DNA of 64,000 nucleotides from assembly GCA_031973215.1 (NCBI GenBank), contig DALYDK010000001.1, forward strand, positions 38,122-102,121, given 5' to 3'. The translations under genes and the position numbers were made by a program. Source of the DNA: Candidatus Saccharimonadota bacterium (GTDB lineage: Bacteria; Patescibacteriota; Saccharimonadia; Saccharimonadales; CAIOMD01). Of the stretch, positions 8,541 to 17,811 are shown piece after piece (positions within the stretch are counted from its first letter, which is position 1; the number at the start of each line of letters is the position of its first letter). The notes under the pieces are model-generated. The model saw only the letters and a program-made list of their open reading frames with translations, made no database searches and was not told where the DNA came from.

Positions 8541-9911
8541 ATGACTAGCAAGCAAACAAAAATGGAAGATATTATTAGCCTAGCCAAAAGGCGCGGTTTT
8601 GTTTATCAGGGAAGTGAAATATACGGGGGTGAAGCAGGCCTATACGATTTTGGACCTTACGGAGTCGAGTTACTTAACAACATAAAAAAATCATGGTGGT
8701 CTAACAATGTCTACCAAAAAGAAAACTATGTTGGGCTTGATTCAGCAATGTTTAAACACCCTAAGGTCTGGGAAGCATCTGGCCATGTTGGTGGTTTTTC
8801 TGATCCTTTGGCAGAGTGCAAGAATTGCCAGACCAGAATTCGGGTCGACAAAGAGCTAGGTGCAATTGGCATAGCTGCCGATGAGAAAATGTCAGAAGAA
8901 GAACTTAATGAACTCTTTAATGCCAATAGGTCAAAAATTAAATGCCCAAAATGCGGAAAAATGGACTTTAGTGATGTTAAGGCTTTTAATTTGCTAGTCA
9001 AGACAAATTTGGGTGATTTTACAGGTAAAGAAGAGCGCCCAGTATATTTACCGGGCGAGGCTTGCCAGGGTATTTACTTAAATTTTAAGAACATAGTTGA
9101 TACAACTAGAATGCGCGTACCTTTTGGTGTAGCGCAAATTGGGAAAGCATTTAGAAATGAAATAAGCCCCAGAAATTTCCTATTTAGAACCAGAGAATTT
9201 GAGCAGGCAGACACTCAGTATTTTATTAATCCAAATGAAAACAAAGAGGCTTACGAACAAATAAAACAAGACAGATGGCAGTGGTATTTAGATTTAGGAA
9301 TAAATGAATCAAACCTGCGCTGGCACCAACATGAAAACTTAGTTTTTTACGCCAAAGATGCTTGGGATATTGAGTATAATTATCCATCGCTTGGTTGGGA
9401 TGAAGTAGAGGGCGTCCATGACAGAACAGACTACGACCTTAAGCAGCATATGGAATTTTCTGGAACAGATTTAACATATACAGATCCAACAACTAAAGAA
9501 AAATATATTCCATGGGTACTAGAAACTTCAATGGGACTAGGTAGGGTATTCCTAGCTGTTCTTAGCGAAGCTTACAGAGAAGAAGATATGGGCAACAATC
9601 AAACTAGAACCGTACTTAAATTAAAGCCAGAACTTGCTCCGGTTAAATACGCAGTTTTTCCGCTACTAAAAAATAAGCCCGAACTTGTTGAAAAGGCCCG
9701 CGAAGTATTTAAAGAATTAAGTAAGAATAATATTTGCGAATGGGATGATAACGGTAATATTGGCAAGCGTTACCGTCGGCAAGATGAAATTGGAACACCC
9801 AATTGTGTAGTTATAGACTTTGACACATTAGAAGACGACACTGTAACGGTCCGCGACCGCGACACCACTGAACAAACCCGCGTCCCAATAAAAGAGCTTA
9901 TCGGCAATTAA
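8541..9911 (+). CDS. glyQS: Glycine--tRNA ligase (homodimeric class II)
   Basis: 456 aa. It contains LAKRRGFVYQGSEIYGG..GLYDFGPYGVELLNNIK and FRNEISPRNFLFRTREFEQ (motif 2), plus a C-terminal anticodon-binding domain. Confidence 0.95.
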   Translation: MTSKQTKMEDIISLAKRRGFVYQGSEIYGGEAGLYDFGPYGVELLNNIKKSWWSNNVYQKENYVGLDSAMFKHPKVWEASGHVGGFSDPLAECKNCQTRIRVDKELGAIGIAADEKMSEEELNELFNANRSKIKCPKCGKMDFSDVKAFNLLVKTNLGDFTGKEERPVYLPGEACQGIYLNFKNIVDTTRMRVPFGVAQIGKAFRNEISPRNFLFRTREFEQADTQYFINPNENKEAYEQIKQDRWQWYLDLGINESNLRWHQHENLVFYAKDAWDIEYNYPSLGWDEVEGVHDRTDYDLKQHMEFSGTDLTYTDPTTKEKYIPWVLETSMGLGRVFLAVLSEAYREEDMGNNQTRTVLKLKPELAPVKYAVFPLLKNKPELVEKAREVFKELSKNNICEWDDNGNIGKRYRRQDEIGTPNCVVIDFDTLEDDTVTVRDRDTTEQTRVPIKELIGN

Positions 9912-9920
9912 ACATTGAAA

Positions 9921-9986
9921 AAGGCTAAGATGGTTTTTGGGCGGGCGCGGTTGCGCTGATTGCTCCAAAAAACCTCTCTTAGCCTT
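9921..9986. terminator. Long GC-looped hairpin between convergent genes (possible bidirectional terminator)
   Basis: AAGGCTAAGATGGTTTTTGG (9921-9940) pairs with CCAAAAAACCTCTCTTAGCCTT (9965-9986). It lies directly after the glyQS stop and before the 3' end of the minus-strand ORF. Confidence 0.5.
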
Positions 9987-9998
9987 TGTTGCACCTCC

Positions 9999-10319
9999 TT
10001 AGTTGGGTGGCGGAAAGTTGTTGTTGATTGTGATGTTGGGTTGGGGTGGTGGCTGGTTTCTGACGCGCAAGCGACGACGGATTCGCCAAATTGCTACTGT
10101 AACTACGCAGACCGTAATCAATACCGTTAGAATTGGGTCGTTGGCCAACCCGAAATTCCACATGTAAACAGTCATGATTACTGCAACTACAATCGCTAGA
10201 CCGGTGTATACGATGTTAGCGAAGATGTTGGAGAATTGATGACCGATTACCCAGAGACACACTGCGATAACAGAGAGTGTGAGTAGGTAGTTCGGGCCGG
10301 TCACGCCAAGATCACTCAT
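9999..10319 (-). CDS. Small membrane protein (about 106 aa), locally GC-richer
   Basis: It has two or three hydrophobic segments. I chose the ATG at 10319 (MSDLGV) because a GAGAGGAA Shine-Dalgarno-like sequence and a TATAAT box lie upstream. The longer TTG start would sit inside the promoter. Confidence 0.5.
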   Translation of the reverse strand: MSDLGVTGPNYLLTLSVIAVCLWVIGHQFSNIFANIVYTGLAIVVAVIMTVYMWNFGLANDPILTVLITVCVVTVAIWRIRRRLRVRNQPPPQPNITINNNFPPPN

Positions 10320-10418
10320 ACTACAATTCCTCTCAAGTTGGGAAGGTGCTCTCAAAATTATAGCACACTAATACACTAATATAGACAAATAACAAAAAAT
10401 ATATTAAAATAATGTTCT

Positions 10419-12176
10419 ATGCGTAAATTAGAACATTTCATGATTCCCATAAACGAAATCGCCAAATATCAAAAAAACCCTTATGAAAAAAGGATAAATT
10501 CGGATACTATTTTTAATTCATTTATGGTTTGCGGAGAACTTTCTTCGCATTATAACTTTGAGCCATTGGAATTAGATGGTACCGATTTTATGACATATAA
10601 CAATAAAGCTTACCAAGAATATGTAAGTTCTGGAGACTTAGATTTTAGTATGGGCTCGGCAAATATAGATATTTCAATCGTTAACGGATATTTATATATC
10701 GATTATGCAACTGAAGTTGTCCGGGCGGTGAGAGATAGCCTAAAAGAGCTACTATCCGGTACTGCAACTAAAAATGAAGCACAAAATACCAAGTGCTTAA
10801 GACGGATTATTGAAGACTTTCAGAATCTCTACAGCGAAGAAGAATATTTTTCTGATCCAAACGACATTAGCTGGTATGAATTAGATGCATTCATTGAATA
10901 TTATCAATACAAAACAAGGCCAAAATTTGAACTTATCGATAATAATGACGAATTTACTGAATCAGGAGAATTTCTTAATGAAATTATACATGCAACGCGC
11001 TCAGAATTTATTGAATCGCTTAATTACTTATTAGAAAAAGGAGAACTAACTAATCAGCTCCTAGAGAGAGCAAAAGAAATCTCCAGTACTGTAATAATAG
11101 ATTTAACAGACCCTTTGGTAGAGCTTGTCAAGGAAGGTCCTGTAGATGGAGATTGGGCAATCGGATATTTTGAAACTCTAGATAGAAGAATATACATAAA
11201 TCACGAGCTCTTAAAATATGAGTCACAGAGAGCTGTTGATCAATCGGAGGGTGAGTTAGCGCTTGAAGATGTATACATACCAAATCTACAAATAATCATT
11301 TTTCATGAACTAATTCATTCAATTACTGCCAGATGGTACTCTGCCAAGCAAATGGAGGCATTATATGAAGAGGAAGAGCCCGAAAATAATAATCAGTTTA
11401 GTGTTGCCGTGCATACTGCTTTTCCAAGATTCATAAATGAAGCATTAACCGAAAATCTTGCCCTAGAACTTTATCAAAAACAAATTGGTCGGCTCGATTT
11501 AGTTCATAAAACTTATTGGGCAGAGAGAGTTATTCTGGGGTTGTTGGTTAATTGTCTCGATTTAGAAAAAGCTAATACAACACCTAATGATTTTTTTAGT
11601 AGCCTAAGAAGGGCTTGGCTCGATTCTTGTAGCGGATTAGATACAGTTCAAAAACCACTTTCGAGCTACAGTGAGTTTTTTGGGAATTTGCATCAAGCAA
11701 GCTTTAGTGGAATTTTAAACAGACTATCAATCATAGACGAACAGCTTGGTATCTTGAAAGTTTTACAAATCGTTAGCAGTAGTAAATTCGACCCGCATGA
11801 AAAGCTAGATTTTGAAGGATTGTTAAGCAGAAAAGATCTAAGATTGATTAAAATAAAAAGACACTACTTGGAGATAGACGAAACTTTTCCTTACCTTGAA
11901 GAGTACCGTGATTACTACGAAAAAAATAACAAACTCATAGAGCTAGCAGAAAGAGCTAAAAAAATACACAATAAAGCTCAAAATTTTCTAAAGACTGAAA
12001 TCGACCTTAAGTATGGATATGGTGACAGTGACATATCCCCAGACGAAAAACTTTTAATTGCAATTTTTGGCGAGGAGCCACAACGATTTGCTTTGACTAA
12101 AAAAGACTTAGAACAGGGCAGGAAAATATATGCAGAACTGAATGAAATAATTGCCCAAATGAAAAAGCTAGCTTAG
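10419..12176 (+). CDS. Large uncharacterised protein with gluzincin-like HExxH...NEAxxE motif
   Basis: 585 aa. It has IIFHELIHSI followed about 45 aa later by FINEALTENLA. This spacing and pattern are reminiscent of the thermolysin-type third zinc ligand (NEAxSD). No signal peptide is seen. Confidence 0.5.
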   Translation: MRKLEHFMIPINEIAKYQKNPYEKRINSDTIFNSFMVCGELSSHYNFEPLELDGTDFMTYNNKAYQEYVSSGDLDFSMGSANIDISIVNGYLYIDYATEVVRAVRDSLKELLSGTATKNEAQNTKCLRRIIEDFQNLYSEEEYFSDPNDISWYELDAFIEYYQYKTRPKFELIDNNDEFTESGEFLNEIIHATRSEFIESLNYLLEKGELTNQLLERAKEISSTVIIDLTDPLVELVKEGPVDGDWAIGYFETLDRRIYINHELLKYESQRAVDQSEGELALEDVYIPNLQIIIFHELIHSITARWYSAKQMEALYEEEEPENNNQFSVAVHTAFPRFINEALTENLALELYQKQIGRLDLVHKTYWAERVILGLLVNCLDLEKANTTPNDFFSSLRRAWLDSCSGLDTVQKPLSSYSEFFGNLHQASFSGILNRLSIIDEQLGILKVLQIVSSSKFDPHEKLDFEGLLSRKDLRLIKIKRHYLEIDETFPYLEEYRDYYEKNNKLIELAERAKKIHNKAQNFLKTEIDLKYGYGDSDISPDEKLLIAIFGEEPQRFALTKKDLEQGRKIYAELNEIIAQMKKLA

Positions 12177-12403
12177 CTGGAAAATATTCAGGCCTCGTCT
12201 CTGGCACATTAGTGGCAATTTGGGTAGCGGTTGCTGGTTTTGTTAATTGGCAGTTGGCAATTTTGCTAACAATAACAGCTTTAACTGGATCATTTATAGG
12301 CTCTAGAATACTCGTAAAAAAAGGCAACGAATGGGCTGCGAAAGTCATGGTAATAGCAATGTTACTGAGCGGTGTTATACTTATAGCAACTACTTTAAAG
12401 TAA
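12146..12403 (+). pseudogene. 3' remnant of a TSUP (TauE/SafE-like) transporter gene
   Basis: The open frame encodes ...GKYSGLVSGTLVAIWVAVAGFVNWQLAILLTITALTGSFIGSRILVKKGNEWAAKVMVIAMLLSGVILI. This resembles only the last two TM helices of ~250-aa TSUP proteins. The upstream two-thirds is absent. Confidence 0.6.
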
Positions 12404-12409
12404 CAAATT

Positions 12410-12976
12410 ATGAGTAAACTGACTGTTCAAGAAATGACCTTAAATGACATCGATGCCATAAGTAAAATACGGCAGAGTGCTTGGTTAGAAACTTATACTA
12501 GCGAAGAAAATGAAATAAGCTTAGAACTGATTAATGATTATTTTGCCTATCGCCGCAAAAAGCAAAATAAACAAGAGCATATCAATAAAATTAAAGACAG
12601 TATTAGTGACGCAAATAAATACTTTAAAGTAGCAAAAGACGGACAGGGCCAAGTTGTTGGGTTTATTTTTGGTGAAAAAACCGCAAACAATAGAGCTATT
12701 TTAGGTTCACTATATTTAAAACCAAGACTTATTGGCAAGGGCAATGGGCGTCTACTTATGGATGGTTTTGTTAAGTGGCTAGGTAAAGGATTAGAATGTG
12801 AGCTTTTTGTCGTTAGTTATAATAACAGAGCAATAAACTTTTATAAAAAATACGGTTTTGTAATAGAAAGCCATGAACCAACGCAAGAAGCACATTTAGA
12901 CGCTACGCACCCTTTGATTAGTAAAATGCCAGTAATAAAAATGGTTAGAAAGGCGGAATTATTTAATGAAAACTAA
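12410..12976 (+). CDS. GNAT family N-acetyltransferase
   Basis: 188 aa. It carries the acetyl-CoA motif region LIGKGNGRLLM and NNRAINFYKKYGF. Confidence 0.85.
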   Translation: MSKLTVQEMTLNDIDAISKIRQSAWLETYTSEENEISLELINDYFAYRRKKQNKQEHINKIKDSISDANKYFKVAKDGQGQVVGFIFGEKTANNRAILGSLYLKPRLIGKGNGRLLMDGFVKWLGKGLECELFVVSYNNRAINFYKKYGFVIESHEPTQEAHLDATHPLISKMPVIKMVRKAELFNEN

Positions 12977-13604
12977 AGAATTCAATGACAAGTTTGTTCC
13001 TGAAGTAAGAATATTATTTTCTGATCTTTTATACTACGGCGAATCCCAAATTTTGGCTAAACACTATGAAAAGACAGTAGAGCCTAAAGAATATTGCATA
13101 ACTAAAATTTCTAAATATAGAGAAGAATGGCAAAAAAGGTCTAATACTATATTATTGGGTATGCAAGATATTTATAAGTTGAATTTTTATCGACCAGTAA
13201 TAGAAGCTACAGTGGCGCCATTTTTTGCACCAATGAGCATGCCTCTGTTAATGAATTTCCGCCCAGAAACAGATTCTTTTGTCGATGTATTGACTCACGA
13301 GTTATTTCATATACTTTTTAATGATAATCATTTAGTTAATTACCAAACAGGGGAAAATTTACTAGAATTATGGAGAAATCTTTTCGGCCAAGATATTGAA
13401 TCAAAAATACTGGTTCATATTATGGTTCATTCAGGCTTGAAAGAAATATACCTAGATGTTTTAAAAGAACCGTATAGACTTGAGCGTGACATTAAAGAGT
13501 GTCAGCAGTGGCCCGCATACAAAGCTGCCTGGGCATATGTCGAAGACAACGATTACAAAGAAATAAATAAAAAAATTAAAGAATTATATAAATCTAATTT
13601 TTAA
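12966..13604 (+). CDS. Hypothetical protein with HExxH motif
   Basis: 212 aa. LTHELFHILF is a candidate metallopeptidase motif. I recognised no other family signature. Confidence 0.45.
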   Translation: MKTKEFNDKFVPEVRILFSDLLYYGESQILAKHYEKTVEPKEYCITKISKYREEWQKRSNTILLGMQDIYKLNFYRPVIEATVAPFFAPMSMPLLMNFRPETDSFVDVLTHELFHILFNDNHLVNYQTGENLLELWRNLFGQDIESKILVHIMVHSGLKEIYLDVLKEPYRLERDIKECQQWPAYKAAWAYVEDNDYKEINKKIKELYKSNF

Positions 13605-13677
13605 GGATTCTTTAATAATCTGCATATATTATGTCTGTGCTTCGATGAACTTTAATGCATCGTCGTGAAAGGTAATT

Positions 13678-14226
13678 ATGCATACTAAAAAGATAAGTTT
13701 AGCTATTGTGGCTTCACTAATATTATTTAGTCTTATAAGCGCACCGGTTTACGCTCAAAAAAATAACCGCCAACAAAGAAATGAAGGCTCTAGTGTAGTT
13801 GTTTCAGAAAGCAATAAGGCGGAGCTTGTTTATTTATACCAAGAAGAAAAATTAGCTCGAGATTTGTATACAAAACTATACGAAAAGTGGGGGTTGAATG
13901 TTTTTAAAAATATTTCTAAGTCAGAGCAAAAACACATGAACAGTGTTGCGAACTTAGCTAAAAAAGCTTCTGTTCAGTTACCTACAAATTTAGCTGTTGG
14001 AAAGTTTGAAAACAGCGATTTACAAAACCTCTATAATAAATTACTAACCGATGGTATGGCTAGTAAAGAGGCTGCTATAAAAGTTGGAATATTGGTTGAA
14101 GAAACAGATATTAAAGATCTACAAAAAACCTTGTCTAATAGTTCTGACAGCAGTGTTAAAAAGGTTTTGAATTCTTTGCTAAAAGGATCCGAAAGACACC
14201 TAAAAGCATTTAAAAATAATCTTTAG
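13678..14226 (+). CDS. Secreted ferritin-like DUF2202-type protein
   Basis: 182 aa with a signal peptide (SLILFSLISAPVYAQ). LYQEEKLARDLYTKLYEKWGL.VFKNISKSEQKHM is typical of the DUF2202 ferritin-like fold. Confidence 0.7.
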   Translation: MHTKKISLAIVASLILFSLISAPVYAQKNNRQQRNEGSSVVVSESNKAELVYLYQEEKLARDLYTKLYEKWGLNVFKNISKSEQKHMNSVANLAKKASVQLPTNLAVGKFENSDLQNLYNKLLTDGMASKEAAIKVGILVEETDIKDLQKTLSNSSDSSVKKVLNSLLKGSERHLKAFKNNL

Positions 14227-14268
14227 TGAGTATTTACATAATATTAGATAAGTTTTATAATAGTTTGA

Positions 14269-14958
14269 ATGATAAAAGACTATGAAGGCGTTTTTGTAAC
14301 TAGCCAACAGGCAGTTGCTGGCGAAAAACAGGCAAATAATTTCTCTAAGCAAATTGAAGAACTTGGCGATAAAAAAATATTACATGTAAAAACTCCTATA
14401 CAGGATGTTGTTAATGATTTTCAGGATACTCATAAGTACGAAAGAACTGTTATTGGAGAAATGCCAAGCGAGTATAAGCGATTATCGGCATACTGTTTGC
14501 TGGTAAGAGATCCTGAAAGAAGTTGGAATATTAGGACTTTGTACTTTAACATGCCCGGGAATTATACTGACAGAATGCCAGAGCTTAAAAACTGGCTTAA
14601 TGTTGAATCTAAAAGTGATGAGGATTTAGATAAATATATTTACTCTACACTTGGGTCTAGGGCCGTAAGAGAAAGCTCAGTTAGCGATCATATCCTTGGC
14701 GCTGTCGAGTTTGGTCAGGGTCTTAGTGGTCAGAAGAGCAAGGATGGTCTTGGGGCCAATTTACTAATACCAACTCCTTTAATAAGTTTCGTTCCTAGAA
14801 TTGCTGGTTCTTTATCTTTTCAGGCGGGGTTCCAGCCCGGTGTTAGCCCTTGGGCAGAATATTACAGAGAAGCAAGTAAAGCAGAACTGGCAACCCAAAC
14901 AACTAATAAACTCGTCTTAAGTGCTCTTATAAAAGCTACCAAGAATGGTGTAAAATAA
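14269..14958 (+). CDS. Hypothetical protein (229 aa)
   Basis: Clean ORF. It shares a short P-x-RSW-x-h-basic motif with 15744..16280. Confidence 0.5.
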   Translation: MIKDYEGVFVTSQQAVAGEKQANNFSKQIEELGDKKILHVKTPIQDVVNDFQDTHKYERTVIGEMPSEYKRLSAYCLLVRDPERSWNIRTLYFNMPGNYTDRMPELKNWLNVESKSDEDLDKYIYSTLGSRAVRESSVSDHILGAVEFGQGLSGQKSKDGLGANLLIPTPLISFVPRIAGSLSFQAGFQPGVSPWAEYYREASKAELATQTTNKLVLSALIKATKNGVK

Positions 14959-14963
14959 TACTT

Positions 14964-15218
14964 ATGGAAACAATTGTAGTAGACGTAAGAGAACCCTACG
15001 AATATTCTTCGGGGCATTATAAAGGGGCTATTAATTTACCGCCAGCAGAAATTATGTCTGGTGCCAAAAAACTGGCCAAAGTACCTAAAGACGCTAAGAT
15101 AGTTTTATATTGCAAAAGCGGAGCCCGCAGCAATGTAGCTATGGTTCACCTAAGCAGATTAGGTTATACAAACTTAGTCAATGGCATCAACCAAGATCAC
15201 GTACCTAGATTTTTATAG
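14964..15218 (+). CDS. Single-domain rhodanese-like sulfurtransferase
   Basis: 84 aa with the active-site loop LYCKSGARS (CxxxxxR). Confidence 0.85.
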   Translation: METIVVDVREPYEYSSGHYKGAINLPPAEIMSGAKKLAKVPKDAKIVLYCKSGARSNVAMVHLSRLGYTNLVNGINQDHVPRFL

Positions 15219-15262
15219 TCATTAATTATTTATTTTTTTCCTCATAAGTGTATAATCCGTAT

Positions 15263-15727
15263 ATGGAAAGGGAAAAACAAAAATTTTTCGTACCTGGCAA
15301 TCCTGTTGAGGCGGCTCAAGCTTTTCAGACTGTGCTTGATATTGAACCAGATAAAAACTTAAAACGAAAATTCGCGGTAGACGCTTTAGAAGTGTTGGGA
15401 GACCCTAAAAATATAGCAGGGTCTGATGAGATTTTAATTAAAGCAAAAGAAGCCATGGTTCTATATAATCCCGTACAAGACTCTGCGAGTTCATTTATTT
15501 ATCATGGCTTAACTTTCGATGATTTTATTGGAAAGGCATATTTTAGGTTTGGTTATCTAGATTATGAAAATGATTCAATAGGAAAATCTATTGGGAGTAT
15601 ATGTCTACAACTATTTGATGCAAAAATATTATCTTGTTCTAATCAGCCGTTGTTCACAAACCAATTAATTGCCGATGGTGTTGTAGTACCCGTGGGAGAG
15701 GTAGAGAGCGTATGGCCAGCAAAGTAA
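15263..15727 (+). CDS. Hypothetical protein (about 154 aa), possibly leaderless
   Basis: The ATG at 15263 lies exactly 7 nt after a TATAAT box (15251-15256). The alternative in-frame GTG at 15248 would sit upstream of that box. Confidence 0.5.
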   Translation: MEREKQKFFVPGNPVEAAQAFQTVLDIEPDKNLKRKFAVDALEVLGDPKNIAGSDEILIKAKEAMVLYNPVQDSASSFIYHGLTFDDFIGKAYFRFGYLDYENDSIGKSIGSICLQLFDAKILSCSNQPLFTNQLIADGVVVPVGEVESVWPAK

Positions 15728-15743
15728 TAATCCTGGACACCTA

Positions 15744-16280
15744 ATGCATAATTTTAATAGTTTAAAATCAGACTATATTATTAAGGAGCGCGAAGCTGTA
15801 GCGGTGCGAGACTTGGCTATGTCTACCTTAAGGCCAATTGCAAGTAGAGAAATATCAAAGAATAATGGCGCCTCTAAAACTAGGGGATTTTTAGTATATT
15901 CAGATTCAGGAGAAAATATCGGAAGTGGAGCAACCGATGAATTTTTTGGTTTTGTGGTTGTTAAGCAGCCTGCCAGATCTTGGAAAATGAAAATTTCATT
16001 CTTGGAATATGTTCTGACAGAAGAACAAAGGTATTCAAATTACAGAGAGGTGTACGATTTTGAGTGTTCGGAAAGCCTGGGGTGTACAGCTTTAAAGAAG
16101 ACTATTGCAGTGGTTGTTCCTATATTAAGTTCAAGAACAGATTTAAAAACAGGGACGGTCATAGATACTGTGCAACCCAATAGACTTGAGGACATAGAGC
16201 CAATGACCACCGAAGACTGTGATGTACTCTGCGACAAAATGCTACAATTTAATAAAGATAATTTAGTTTTAAGCAGATGA
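15744..16280 (+). CDS. Hypothetical protein (178 aa)
   Basis: Clean ORF. The motif VVVKQPARSWKMKISFL is paralogous to LLVRDPERSWNIRTLYF in 14269..14958. Confidence 0.5.
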   Translation: MHNFNSLKSDYIIKEREAVAVRDLAMSTLRPIASREISKNNGASKTRGFLVYSDSGENIGSGATDEFFGFVVVKQPARSWKMKISFLEYVLTEEQRYSNYREVYDFECSESLGCTALKKTIAVVVPILSSRTDLKTGTVIDTVQPNRLEDIEPMTTEDCDVLCDKMLQFNKDNLVLSR

Positions 16281-17203
16281 AAAGCGCAAAAAGTAATAAT
16301 TGGCGATTTTGGGCAACTATCATAGCTACTATTGCCGCTGTGATTTTTGTTTATTGGCAAAGAAAATCAATCCTGGCTAGCTTAAAAGAAATATCACAAG
16401 CAGATCCTGCGTGGTTAATTGTTAGCATTGCAGCTCATGTAACTTCTGTGCTCGCGGCTGCTGCAGTTTACTGGCAGATATCTTTAAAAGTAACTAAGTA
16501 TTTTAACTTGGCGGTTGCGCAAGCATCAAGCCTATTTACGGCTCGGGTTACTCCGGCGGGAGTGGGAGGCGTGGCCACAATGGGTCGTGTCCTCCAAATG
16601 AGCGGGCATAATGCGGCAGAGCTCGGTGCAGTATTAAGTACTAATGCGGTAGTGACATTTTTAGGAAATGTTAGTATTACAATTTTTGCTCTAATAATTA
16701 GTGGAAGATCAGTTATGGATGGTTTTAAAATCCCAAAAATTATTTTTCTGATTCCTGTTTTTTTACTTATTGCAGTTGCTGTTGTATATTTTGTTAAAAG
16801 CTTTCGATCTAAAGTAGTTAGTTTTGTGAAAGACCTAATAAAAACTCTGGCAAGTTATAAACATAAAAAAAGAGGACTTATATTAGGATTCATATTTGGG
16901 CTTCTCACAACAGTAGGCTATATGGTGGCTCTTTGGGCGGCAGGACAGTCTGTTGGTGTTAGTTTGAGCTTTGTAGCAGCTATCGTAACTATTTCATTGG
17001 GTACATTAGGGGCAAGTGCAACGCCACTACCTGGCGGAGTGGTAGGCGCAGAGGCTACGTTAGCTTTAACCATGACACAGTTCGGCATACCGCCAGAAAA
17101 AGCCCTTGCAGTTGCTTTTATTTATAGGTTTATTACTTATTGGTTGCCAATATTACCGGGCTATATTGCTACTCAGTACGCTCTAAGAAAGAAAATTCTA
17201 TAG
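16277..17203 (+). CDS. Flippase-like membrane protein (LPG-synthase TM domain family), second copy
   Basis: 308 aa and multi-TM. C-terminal PLPGGVVGAEATLALTMTQFGIPPEKALAVAFIYRFITYW is typical of the family. Confidence 0.7.
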   Translation: MKSAKSNNWRFWATIIATIAAVIFVYWQRKSILASLKEISQADPAWLIVSIAAHVTSVLAAAAVYWQISLKVTKYFNLAVAQASSLFTARVTPAGVGGVATMGRVLQMSGHNAAELGAVLSTNAVVTFLGNVSITIFALIISGRSVMDGFKIPKIIFLIPVFLLIAVAVVYFVKSFRSKVVSFVKDLIKTLASYKHKKRGLILGFIFGLLTTVGYMVALWAAGQSVGVSLSFVAAIVTISLGTLGASATPLPGGVVGAEATLALTMTQFGIPPEKALAVAFIYRFITYWLPILPGYIATQYALRKKIL

Positions 17204-17205
17204 GT

Positions 17206-17811
17206 ATGGAAAAAGATTATCAACACCTTGAGCTAATAGATGACTACGAGCTGTCAGATTATGAAAAAAGAGAATTATACTATTCACTAAGTAACGATGC
17301 TATGAGATGTTTTGATGATTATATTTTTGACAGTTATCAAGGCAATTTTATTGGCATAAAAAGAGTAGGTGAAGAAACCGAAAATAATGTTGAGTTTAAT
17401 GTGACATTTGAATATGATCCAGATAACGACAGGCATTTTTTAAAAAATTTCACCATTGTAATTAATGAAGTCGATGAATGTATAGGCGGAGAAGTTAGCC
17501 ATTCAATAGTTTCTAGTACCATGGAGTTTAGCGATCAAACATTAAGTTCATACCATACAGATTATTACCTATATGACACAGAGGGGTCTGTGTTTATGAA
17601 AGTATTTTTAGACGATATTCCAGAGCGGCAACCAAATAGTCGTATAGGAAAGAGGCTAAGGAAACTAAACAAAGAGACTGAATCTGATAGGCAAATTATG
17701 ACCAAGAATAAAATCGGAAAACTGCTCTACATACTTGAGTCTGTTTTAGACGACAATGAAATTAATTATGATCTTGAAGATTCAGATGATGATATTGAGG
17801 GCTATGATTAA
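17206..17811 (+). CDS. Acidic hypothetical protein (about 201 aa)
   Basis: I chose the ATG at 17206, immediately after the preceding stop, over the overlapping upstream start. The C-terminus is highly acidic (DLEDSDDDIEGYD). Confidence 0.5.
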   Translation: MEKDYQHLELIDDYELSDYEKRELYYSLSNDAMRCFDDYIFDSYQGNFIGIKRVGEETENNVEFNVTFEYDPDNDRHFLKNFTIVINEVDECIGGEVSHSIVSSTMEFSDQTLSSYHTDYYLYDTEGSVFMKVFLDDIPERQPNSRIGKRLRKLNKETESDRQIMTKNKIGKLLYILESVLDDNEINYDLEDSDDDIEGYD

